A stretch of DNA of 64,000 nucleotides from Clostridia bacterium (GTDB lineage: Bacteria > Bacillota > Clostridia > UBA1212 > UBA1255): assembly GCA_017620915.1 (NCBI GenBank), contig JAFZSK010000083.1:8726-72725 (forward strand), in the 5' to 3' direction. A program made the position numbers and the translations under genes. A model generated the notes under the pieces. That model made no database searches and was not told the origin of the DNA. It was given only the letters and a program-made list of their open reading frames with translations. Positions 18,279 through 26,614 of the stretch are shown here, piece by piece (within the stretch, counting starts at the first letter, position 1; every line of letters begins with the position of its first letter).

Positions 18279-20141
18279 ATGTCGTACATGGCACTTTACC
18301 GCAAATGGCGTCCCCGGACGTTCGAAGAAGTGGTGGAGCAGGAGAGCGTTGTCACCATTTTGAAGAACGCGGTGACGCAGAACCGTGTTGCCCACGCGTA
18401 CCTGTTCTCGGGGACGAGGGGCACCGGCAAGACCACGCTGGCCAAGATCTTCGCGCGCGCGGTGAACTGCCTGCATCCCGTCGACGGCAACCCCTGCAAC
18501 GAATGCGAGATCTGCCGCGGCATTCTGAACGGCACCATTCTGGACGTATCGGAGATCGACGCCGCGTCAAACAACGGCGTCGACAACATCCGCGCCATCA
18601 TCGAAGACTCCGTGTACGCGTCGTCCGTTGCCCGCTACCGCGTGTATATAATCGACGAAGTGCACATGCTCTCATCCGGCGCCTTCAACGCGCTGCTCAA
18701 AACGCTGGAAGAACCCCCCGAAAACGTAATATTTATATTGGCCACCACCGAGCCGCAGAAGTTGCTGCCCACGATACTGTCGCGTTGTCAGCGCTTCGAG
18801 TTCAAGCGCATCTCCCGCGAAGGCATCGCCGGCCGGCTCCGGCTGATCTGCACCGAGACCGGCATCGAGGCCACCGACGAGGCACTGGCGTTTCTGGCGG
18901 ACAAAGCTGACGGCGCGCTGCGCGACGCCATCAGCCTGCTGGACCAGACGTCGGCGTCAACTCAAGGCAAGATTACCCTGGCCGCCGCCCGCGAAGCTAC
19001 GGGTTCGCTGGACCGCGTATTTCTGTGGGATTTCACCGCGGCGCTGACGAATTCGGACGCCCGCCGGCTGCTGGAACTCAGCCATACTATTTTCAGCGAC
19101 GGCCGCGACCCGTCGGCGTTTATAAAAGAATTGATGACCGTATTGCGCAACATGATGGTGGTCATGACCGTTACGGATCCGTCAGGCCTGATCTACGAAG
19201 ACGCGGAAGGCATCGCGCAGCTCAAACGGCTGGCCGAAGGGCGGCGTCCGGGCGAGATCTCGCTGCTGATCCAGGAGCTGGCGCGGCTGGACAATAACCT
19301 CAAATGGGCCGTTTCGCGGCAGATCGTGTTTGAGGCGGGGGTGCTGTCGATCGCCGACCGCAAATGGAGCCCGGACACCGCGTCGCTGGAGACCCGGCTC
19401 TCCGAGGTGGAAAACCGGGTGGCGGATCTGGTGGAGCACGGGCTCGCCGTGACCGCCGCGGCACCGGTCGCGCGGACAATACCCGCCGCGGAAGTCGCGC
19501 CGGCAATTGCGCCCGCGGAGGTCGAGCCGGAACCGGCGGCGCCGTGGGATGATCCGGCCCCGGCGGCAATTGCCTCCGAACCGACGCCCGAACCGGTACC
19601 GGTGAGCGAGCCCGAAACGCCGCCTGCGGAAGTCCCCGCGCCGGAGACGAATATTGCCCCCGGCGGCGCCGTGCGCAAACTCACGCGGCCGGAATGGGAC
19701 CGCTTTCTGAACGCCATGGAAAAGCGCGGCCAGATGTCGATGCTGACCTGGTACATGGACAGCACCGCGCAGTACGAACTGCCCGGAGACCGGGTGCTGC
19801 TGGCGTTTAAAGACGACATGACTGTGAGTATTTTCAGAAAGTCCACGGACGCCAACCTGAAGACTGCCGGCGAGTGCCTGCAGGAGGTGTTCGGGCGGCC
19901 AATGGAGCAGTTGTTCGCGCTGGAAAAAGACGCGGAGCAGACGATCGACGCCGCGAACAAGGAAGCCGCGAAGAGCGGGGAACAACCTGGAGCGGCGGCA
20001 GCGTTGACCGTGCCTGAATCGGTATTGACCTCGCCCGGACCGGATCCGGCAGATGCTGCCGCGGAACAGAGTTTCCGGAACGGGGCGGAGTATTTTCAGA
20101 AATTGTCCGAAAAAATGAATTTTCCGATAGAGTGGAAATGA
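18279..20141 (+). CDS. dnaX: DNA polymerase III subunit gamma/tau
   Basis: YRKWRPRTFEEVVEQE…AYLFSGTRGTGKTT (Walker A) and the zinc module CxxC…CxxC. Pro/Ala/Glu-rich linker at ~19430-19680. ATG 18279 lies after RBS AGAAGGGAG. Confidence 0.9.
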   Translation: MSYMALYRKWRPRTFEEVVEQESVVTILKNAVTQNRVAHAYLFSGTRGTGKTTLAKIFARAVNCLHPVDGNPCNECEICRGILNGTILDVSEIDAASNNGVDNIRAIIEDSVYASSVARYRVYIIDEVHMLSSGAFNALLKTLEEPPENVIFILATTEPQKLLPTILSRCQRFEFKRISREGIAGRLRLICTETGIEATDEALAFLADKADGALRDAISLLDQTSASTQGKITLAAAREATGSLDRVFLWDFTAALTNSDARRLLELSHTIFSDGRDPSAFIKELMTVLRNMMVVMTVTDPSGLIYEDAEGIAQLKRLAEGRRPGEISLLIQELARLDNNLKWAVSRQIVFEAGVLSIADRKWSPDTASLETRLSEVENRVADLVEHGLAVTAAAPVARTIPAAEVAPAIAPAEVEPEPAAPWDDPAPAAIASEPTPEPVPVSEPETPPAEVPAPETNIAPGGAVRKLTRPEWDRFLNAMEKRGQMSMLTWYMDSTAQYELPGDRVLLAFKDDMTVSIFRKSTDANLKTAGECLQEVFGRPMEQLFALEKDAEQTIDAANKEAAKSGEQPGAAAALTVPESVLTSPGPDPADAAAEQSFRNGAEYFQKLSEKMNFPIEWK

Positions 20142-21961
20142 AGCGGCAGCGCGGCGGCAGCGCCGGAACCAAATCCCAGAATCAAATAGCGGCCGCGGCC
20201 AAAAAATACCGGAAATGGTTCGTGATCGGGCCGGTATTTAAATTGACCGAAGCCGTGTTCGAGCTGTTGATCCCCACGCTGATGGTGTACGTCATTGACC
20301 GCGGCGTGAGCGGGCGCGACGGAGCATACGTGCTGAAAATGATCCCGCTGATGCTGGGGATCGCGGTGCTGGGCTATTTGAGCGCGCTGGTGTGCCAGTA
20401 CGTGGCGTCGTTGTCGTCGCAGGGATTCGGTACGGAGCTGCGCGAGCGGCTGTTCCGGCATTTGCTGTCGATTCCTCAAAAGGAAGCGGACCGCCTCGGC
20501 ACGCCCACGATGGTCAACCGCGTCACCACCGACGTCAACATCCTCCAACAGGCCGTGGCAATGCTCATCCGCCTCGCGATCCGCGCGCCGTTCATCTGCG
20601 TCGGCAGCCTCGTGATGGCCGCGATCCTCAACTTGAAACTCACACTGGTGATATTGTGCGCGCTGCCGTTTCTGATCGCCGCGGTGATCCTCGTTATGCG
20701 CGTCAGCGTGCCGCTGTTCACAAAAGTGCAGCAAAAACTGGACAATATTGCCGTCATTTCCCGCGAAAACATGTCCGGCGCCCGGGTGATCCGCGCGTTT
20801 TCCCGTAAAAACAACGAAAAAGCGCGCTTCGATGCCGAATGCGACGGGTACAACAAGGCGGTGGAGAAGGTCAACCGCGTTTCCACCCTCTTAAACCCCC
20901 TTACGACGCTCATAATGAACCTCGCGGTGCTGGCGGTACTGTGGTTCGGCGGCAAAATGATCGAATCCGGCGTCATGACCGGAGGCAAAATTATCGCGTT
21001 CATAAACTACGTTTCATACATGGTGACCGCGCTTTTGGTGGTCGCCAACCTCGTGACGCTGTTCACCAAAGCCGCCGCGTCGTACAAACGCGTCAACGAG
21101 ATCTTCGCCGTGCCGCCCGCCGACAAGCCCGTTGAACAGGCGGACAGATCCGTGTTCAAAACCGGAGAAGATGAACCTGTGCCGCCCAGCGTGGAATTCC
21201 GCCATGCGACGCTGCGCTACGGCGATGACGAAACGCTGCCCGCCGCGGTGGAGGATGTGAGTCTTACGCTGCGCTCGGGCCAGACGCTGGGCATCGTGGG
21301 CATCACCGGCAGCGGCAAAACGAGCCTGATCAGCCTGCTCACCGGGCTGTACGACTGTACGGCCGGCCAGGTGCTGCTCTACGGGCGGGACGTGCGGCAA
21401 TGGGAGCGCGCGGAACTGCACCGCACGGTGCGGATCGCGGCGCAGCAGAGCACGTTGTTCGCGGGCACGGTGCGGGACAATCTGCGCGCGGGCTGCGCCG
21501 ACCTGGATGACGAGGCGTTGTGGGCGGCGCTGCGCGCGGCCCAGGCGGCCGGATTCGTGGAGGAGAAAGGCGGCCTGGACGCGCGCGTGGAACGCGGCGG
21601 GGTCAATTTCTCCGGCGGCCAGCGCCAGCGGCTCAGTGTTGCCCGGGCGGTGGCGGCCGGACCGCGCGTGCTGATACTTGACGACAGTTTCAGCGCGCTG
21701 GACAACGCGACCGCCGCGGCCATGTTTGACGCGCTCCGCGCGACCTCAGTGGACACGCTGATCATCGTTTCCCAGCGGGTCCGCAGCGTCCGTGGCGCCG
21801 ATATGATACTGGCGCTGGACGACGGCCGCGCCGCCGGACTGGGACCGCACGAGGAACTGCTGCAGCAATCTCCGACGTACGCCGAGATCTGCCGGCTCTC
21901 CGGCGACGAATCGGCGGAGGCGGCGCCCGCCGCCCCGGCGAAAGGCGGTGACGCGTCATGA
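20132..21961 (+). CDS. ABC transporter permease/ATP-binding protein (exporter half-transporter)
   Basis: 609 aa with TMD plus NBD (GITGSGKTS, FSGGQRQRLSVA, ILDDSFSALD). Overlaps the dnaX end by 10 nt. Confidence 0.9.
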   Translation: MEMKRQRGGSAGTKSQNQIAAAAKKYRKWFVIGPVFKLTEAVFELLIPTLMVYVIDRGVSGRDGAYVLKMIPLMLGIAVLGYLSALVCQYVASLSSQGFGTELRERLFRHLLSIPQKEADRLGTPTMVNRVTTDVNILQQAVAMLIRLAIRAPFICVGSLVMAAILNLKLTLVILCALPFLIAAVILVMRVSVPLFTKVQQKLDNIAVISRENMSGARVIRAFSRKNNEKARFDAECDGYNKAVEKVNRVSTLLNPLTTLIMNLAVLAVLWFGGKMIESGVMTGGKIIAFINYVSYMVTALLVVANLVTLFTKAAASYKRVNEIFAVPPADKPVEQADRSVFKTGEDEPVPPSVEFRHATLRYGDDETLPAAVEDVSLTLRSGQTLGIVGITGSGKTSLISLLTGLYDCTAGQVLLYGRDVRQWERAELHRTVRIAAQQSTLFAGTVRDNLRAGCADLDDEALWAALRAAQAAGFVEEKGGLDARVERGGVNFSGGQRQRLSVARAVAAGPRVLILDDSFSALDNATAAAMFDALRATSVDTLIIVSQRVRSVRGADMILALDDGRAAGLGPHEELLQQSPTYAEICRLSGDESAEAAPAAPAKGGDAS

Positions 21962-23688
21962 TCCGCTGGTTCTCCGGGTACCTGAAAAAGTACAAATGGC
22001 CGCTGGCGCTGGCGGTGCTGTTTGCCGCGTTGTCCGGCGCGCTGCTGCTGGTCGGGCCGCTGTTTTTAGGGCGGGCGGTGGACGCGTTGACCGCGGAAAG
22101 CGGGGTAAAGTGGGACGCACTTACCAAAAATCTCATATTCTTAGCCGTTTTTTACGTAAGCGGCGCAGTATTGTCCTGGATATCGCCGGTACTGGCCGGC
22201 AAGATCGCCGCGCGTACGGTCACCGACATCCGCAATACCACATTCCGGCATATTTTAGATCTGCCGCTGCGGTTTTTTGACACCAGGAGCCACGGCGATG
22301 TCATCGCGCGCATCACTACAGATTGCGAAAACATTTACGACGGCCTCGGGCAGAGTTTCGTGCAGCTGTTTTCCGGCGTTGTCACCGTCATCGGCACGCT
22401 GGTCGCCATGTTTGTGATCAGCCCGGTCATTGCCGCCGCGGTGCTGTGCATCACGCCGCTGTCGCTGCTGATCGCGCGGTTCGTCATCATCCGCACGGCC
22501 CGGTTGTTCGCGGCGCAGCAGAAACTGACCGGCGAGCTCGGCGCCCACGTGGAGGAGATGTTCTCGGGCATCCGCACGGTGCATGAATATTCGCTGGAGG
22601 AGGAGGCCGCGGCGGGGTTCGGCGAGATCAACGCGCGGCTGTACAAGACCGGCAAGAGCGCCCAGTTCGGCGGCGCGCTGGTCAATCCGTCCACGCGGCT
22701 GGTCAACAACATTTCATACATCTGCGTCGGTCTCATGGGCGCCGTATTTGCGGTGAACGGCATCCGCGCGGGCGGCTGGACAATGACCGTGGGCGTCATT
22801 GCCACCCTGCTCTCGTACGCCACGCAGTTTGCCAAGCCGATCAACGAGATTGCCGGCGTCACCACGCAGCTGCAGAACGCATTTGCCTCCGCCGCCCGCC
22901 TGAAAGAGCTCCAGGACGAGACGCCCGAATCCGACGACAGCGCGCTGCCGGAGCTGCGGAACGTGGCCGGCGCGGTGGAGATCGAGCACCTGAAGTTCTC
23001 GTATGTGCCCGAAAAGCCGCTGATCACCGACCTGAGCCTTTCCGTGAAGCCCGGCAGCGTGGTGGCGATCGTGGGTCCCACCGGCGGCGGCAAAACGACG
23101 CTGGTCAACCTGCTCCTGCGCTTCTACGACCCGCTCTCCGGCACGATCCGGTTGGACGGCACCGACACGCAGACTGTTACCCGCGACAGCCTCCGCGACG
23201 CGTTTTCGATGGTGCTGCAGGAGACCTGGCTGTTTACCGGCACGATCCGGGACAACATTGCCTACGGCCGCCCGGGTGCCACCGACGCCGAAGTCAAAGC
23301 TGCCGCCAAAGCCGCGTACGCGCACAATTTCATCAAGCGCCTGCCGCAGGGCTACGATACGGTGATCTCGGACGGCGGGGGCAATCTCTCCGGCGGCCAG
23401 CGCCAGCTGCTCACCATCGCGCGGGCAATGCTCTCCGACGCCCCGGTGCTGGTGCTGGACGAGGCGACGAGCTCCGTTGACATCGTGACCGAACAATACG
23501 TGCAGCAGGGCTTCGCGCGGCTGATGAGCGGGCGGACGTCGTTTATCATTGCCCACCGCCTGGCCACGATCCGCCACGCCGACCTGATCCTGGTGGTAGA
23601 TGGCGGCAACATCGTCGAACAGGGCACCCACGCCGAACTTCTGGCGGCGCGCGGCCGCTACTGGGAACTGTACAACGCGGGGATCTGA
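21958..23688 (+). CDS. ABC transporter permease/ATP-binding protein (heterodimer partner)
   Basis: 576 aa (GPTGGGKTT, LSGGQRQLLTIA, VLDEATSSVD). ATGA overlap with the upstream ABC gene. Confidence 0.9.
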   Translation: MIRWFSGYLKKYKWPLALAVLFAALSGALLLVGPLFLGRAVDALTAESGVKWDALTKNLIFLAVFYVSGAVLSWISPVLAGKIAARTVTDIRNTTFRHILDLPLRFFDTRSHGDVIARITTDCENIYDGLGQSFVQLFSGVVTVIGTLVAMFVISPVIAAAVLCITPLSLLIARFVIIRTARLFAAQQKLTGELGAHVEEMFSGIRTVHEYSLEEEAAAGFGEINARLYKTGKSAQFGGALVNPSTRLVNNISYICVGLMGAVFAVNGIRAGGWTMTVGVIATLLSYATQFAKPINEIAGVTTQLQNAFASAARLKELQDETPESDDSALPELRNVAGAVEIEHLKFSYVPEKPLITDLSLSVKPGSVVAIVGPTGGGKTTLVNLLLRFYDPLSGTIRLDGTDTQTVTRDSLRDAFSMVLQETWLFTGTIRDNIAYGRPGATDAEVKAAAKAAYAHNFIKRLPQGYDTVISDGGGNLSGGQRQLLTIARAMLSDAPVLVLDEATSSVDIVTEQYVQQGFARLMSGRTSFIIAHRLATIRHADLILVVDGGNIVEQGTHAELLAARGRYWELYNAGI

Positions 23689-23724
23689 TGAGCACGGAAG
23701 CACGCAACTTTTTCGGCAGAATTC

Positions 23725-24309
23725 TTGTCCTTTACTCTAAGGGGGCAAAGGACCGCTTTGACTGACAGAGATATTATCGAGATGCTCGAAAACCGAAACG
23801 AGGAAGCGCTCCGGCTGCTGCAGGAGAAGTACGGGCCGTACTGTTACGCGATCGCATTCAACGTACTTTCCGACGCGGAAGACGCCAAGGAGATCGTCAA
23901 TGACTCGTTTCTGGACCTCTGGAACAGCATTCCGCCCGCAAAACCGGAGCGGCTCCACGCGTATCTGGGCACTATTGTCCGCCACAACGCCATCAATCTG
24001 TATCATAAACGCCAGACCAATAAAAACCGCGTCATGAGCTCGGCGATTCCGCTCGAGGAGGCAACGGAAAAAACCTACACCGACGAAAACGCCATCAGCC
24101 ACCTGGTGATCGGCGCGGCCATGGACCGGTTTCTGGAGAGCCTGTCGGAGAAAAACCGGCAGGTGTTCGTCGCGCGTTTTTATTATAATTCGTCAATTGA
24201 GGATATTGCCCGTACGCTGGATATGCCCGCCGGCTCGGTGAAGAGCATCATCCACCGCACGAAAAAGGCGCTGAAGGAGTTTCTGGATAAGGAGGGGATC
24301 GACGTATGA
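23725..24309 (+). CDS. ECF-type RNA polymerase sigma-70 factor
   Basis: Region-2-like EIVNDSFLDLWN and region-4 HTH SIEDIARTLDMPAGSVKSIIHRTKKAL. The start is uncertain among TTG 23725, TTG 23758 and ATG 23781. Confidence 0.7.
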   Translation: MSFTLRGQRTALTDRDIIEMLENRNEEALRLLQEKYGPYCYAIAFNVLSDAEDAKEIVNDSFLDLWNSIPPAKPERLHAYLGTIVRHNAINLYHKRQTNKNRVMSSAIPLEEATEKTYTDENAISHLVIGAAMDRFLESLSEKNRQVFVARFYYNSSIEDIARTLDMPAGSVKSIIHRTKKALKEFLDKEGIDV

Positions 24310-25979
24310 AAGATCAACTTATCCAAAAGCTTATGGCAGAGATCTCCGACAAATACGTGGCGGAGTATCGCGCGACGCTGGACCGGAAGGCGGCAGAGCA
24401 AGCGGCTGCTGCGGCAAACGCGGCGGACAATTCCGATGCGGCCGCGGGCGGCAGCGCTGCAGTGCGCAGCTCGGCAAAGCGCGGGGCTTACCGCGGCAGC
24501 AGTCGCGTGCCGGTGATCTGGCGCAGTATCGCGGCGGGTGTTGTCATTTTGGTATTCCTGGCGGGCGGCCTGCTGCTGGGCAAGTATCTGCACAAGAATA
24601 ACAGCCCTGAACCGGCGGCAACGGCGGAGATTACGCAGATGCCGATCGAAACGCCGACGCAGGCGGTCAACGAAACCGCGGACGTCACGGCGACGCCGGC
24701 TGCCACGCCTGCGGGAGCAACTGCCACGCCGAGCGTTACCGCTGCGCCGGACGCCACGTCTGTTTTAACGCCCGAAATTACCGCCACGCCTGCTGCTACG
24801 CCCGTGCCAACCGGGATGCCGGACGTTTCCGGCACAGCGCCTGACGGGACGCCGATAGTTCCCACCGCGTCTGTCGTTACACCGACCGCTATGCCGGACG
24901 CCACGTCTGCCGCCACTCCGGAGGCTCCTACCGCGACGTCGGCAGATACGTCCACTGCCACGCCTGCAGCCACGCCTGCGGTCACTCCGACCGCTACGCC
25001 GACCGGATCCGTGTACGCGACGGCTAAGCTGGAAGCGTGGACTATTGCCGCAAGCGGAGTCGCGGAAGAACCGAGTTTTTCGGACGTTGACGAAACAAGC
25101 CGGATTTTCTTCGTAACGTCGTTAGACCGGGACGTGGGTATCTGCGGATATGCGTACCGGAGCGATTCGCCCCTCAAAGAAGTTTATTATCGCATAGGCA
25201 GCGATCCGACGGAGCACGTCTGCCGGGGACCGCTGTATGCACGGAACGATATTGCCACCGCCGCCGGCTTCGGCACCGAAAACGCGCAGAGCTCCGGCTT
25301 CGGCGGGAACGCGGAGAGCGAGTATATGTTATTGTCCGACCTGCCGGCGTCGAACCGGATCACAACGCTCCACTTTATGGCGCGATTTGAAAACGGCGCC
25401 GAGACGGAGCTTGGCTCGGTGCTGTATATTTGCTGCGACGTGATTGCTGACAACGGACAAATGTATTATGAATGTATCTGGCAGGATTCCGGCGAAAAAG
25501 TCAAAAGCATAAAGGCTCCCGGCCGAACGTTGTATATCTTCAGCGGGCTCGACTATGACAACATCTACAGTACCGTAATTAAGAGCGATATCTCGTCAAA
25601 TCGGGAATATGACTTTCTGGCGTTCTACGACGGCGAGCCTCGTGCGTTTAACGTGGGCAATATCGATCTGAGCCTGTTCAGCTATTGCGAGCTCGATTAC
25701 GTGACGCACGCGGATTTTGACCCGTACGATACGGCGACAATGAGCGAAAGCGCGTTCCTGGCGCTGGGGACAACGGACGCGCTGCCCGGCTGCGGCGCGG
25801 ATGGCCCGCACAGGGAGGGGCTGCTGGCCACGGCGGCCTGCGCTTCGTACGATGCGGACAACGTCCGCACGGCGACGATCTCGCTTGCCGACGTGGATTA
25901 CGACGGCAACGTCTGGCTGTCGGCGTACCTGCGCCCCGGCATGCCGGTCTTCGTGACCGAGATACGGTTTTACTTTTGA
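24306..25979 (+). CDS. putative membrane-anchored anti-sigma factor with Thr/Pro/Ala-rich linker and unknown C-terminal extracytoplasmic domain
   Basis: ATGA overlap with the sigma gene. Single TM (VIWRSIAAGVVILVFLAGGLLLG), about 130 aa of T/P/A low-complexity sequence, then a ~300-aa domain. The role is inferred from genomic context only. Confidence 0.5.
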   Translation: MKDQLIQKLMAEISDKYVAEYRATLDRKAAEQAAAAANAADNSDAAAGGSAAVRSSAKRGAYRGSSRVPVIWRSIAAGVVILVFLAGGLLLGKYLHKNNSPEPAATAEITQMPIETPTQAVNETADVTATPAATPAGATATPSVTAAPDATSVLTPEITATPAATPVPTGMPDVSGTAPDGTPIVPTASVVTPTAMPDATSAATPEAPTATSADTSTATPAATPAVTPTATPTGSVYATAKLEAWTIAASGVAEEPSFSDVDETSRIFFVTSLDRDVGICGYAYRSDSPLKEVYYRIGSDPTEHVCRGPLYARNDIATAAGFGTENAQSSGFGGNAESEYMLLSDLPASNRITTLHFMARFENGAETELGSVLYICCDVIADNGQMYYECIWQDSGEKVKSIKAPGRTLYIFSGLDYDNIYSTVIKSDISSNREYDFLAFYDGEPRAFNVGNIDLSLFSYCELDYVTHADFDPYDTATMSESAFLALGTTDALPGCGADGPHREGLLATAACASYDADNVRTATISLADVDYDGNVWLSAYLRPGMPVFVTEIRFYF

Positions 25980-26058
25980 TCATTTGAGTGATAAAACAAC
26001 ATCGTGATCTATATATTAATTATAATCACAATATTTTTGTTGTTTTTCTATTTCAGCA

Positions 26059-26088
26059 TTGACTTTTTTGCCGTCAAATTGCTAAAAT
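26059..26088 (+). promoter_or_regulatory. sigma-70-like promoter (TTGACT-17-CTAAAAT)
   Basis: AT-rich intergenic stretch upstream of the gene at 26138. Confidence 0.4.
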
Positions 26089-26137
26089 CGCCTAAACGGC
26101 AGGGCCCAAAATATGACCGGCACGGGAGGATTGGCAA

Positions 26138-26560
26138 TTGAAAAAGTTCAGAGGTATCAAAATCGAAAACGATGTTGCGAAGATCCTTTATTTCGATGAA
26201 GAAACCGGCGAGACATCGTTTTTTGAGGAAGATCTAAAACCGTATTACGAATACGGGGACAGAGACCTCGCGCACAACGTCTTTTCTTCCGAGTATTTCT
26301 GGTCAGATGACGAAGAGGAGCTTTGCGACGAGGTCAACGGGGAATTCCTTGAAAACTTCATTTGCGACGCGGTCAGCAACATTCAGGACGAGCTCGGGGA
26401 CAACGGGATCGTTGTTGACCCTTCGGATTTTGACTGCTCGGAGTGGGGAGACGATTATGATCAGGAAGCGCTTGACGAGTTTGACGTCGTAAATCATCTC
26501 TTCAACGACGCGATCAGAAAAGCGCTTGATCTGAACGAGGACTGGGAGAGGAACGATTAA
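26138..26560 (+). CDS. hypothetical hyper-acidic small protein (~30% Asp/Glu)
   Basis: 140 aa. Composition is visible in the translation (…SDDEEELCDEVNGEFLENF…DPSDFDCSEWGDDYDQEALDEFD…). Starts MKKFRGIKIEN. Follows the promoter-like element above. Confidence 0.5.
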   Translation: MKKFRGIKIENDVAKILYFDEETGETSFFEEDLKPYYEYGDRDLAHNVFSSEYFWSDDEEELCDEVNGEFLENFICDAVSNIQDELGDNGIVVDPSDFDCSEWGDDYDQEALDEFDVVNHLFNDAIRKALDLNEDWERND

Positions 26561-26614
26561 ATCAAGCACAGTGAAATTGACTGTGACGAAAGACATCTAT
26601 ATGCGGAGGGAAAC

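Noticed and set aside
18279-20141. Programmed -1 frameshift site in dnaX (A AAA AAG-type), as in E. coli
   Set aside because: No A6G/A7 slippery heptamer followed by a stable hairpin was seen within the gene. Many Firmicutes make only full-length tau.
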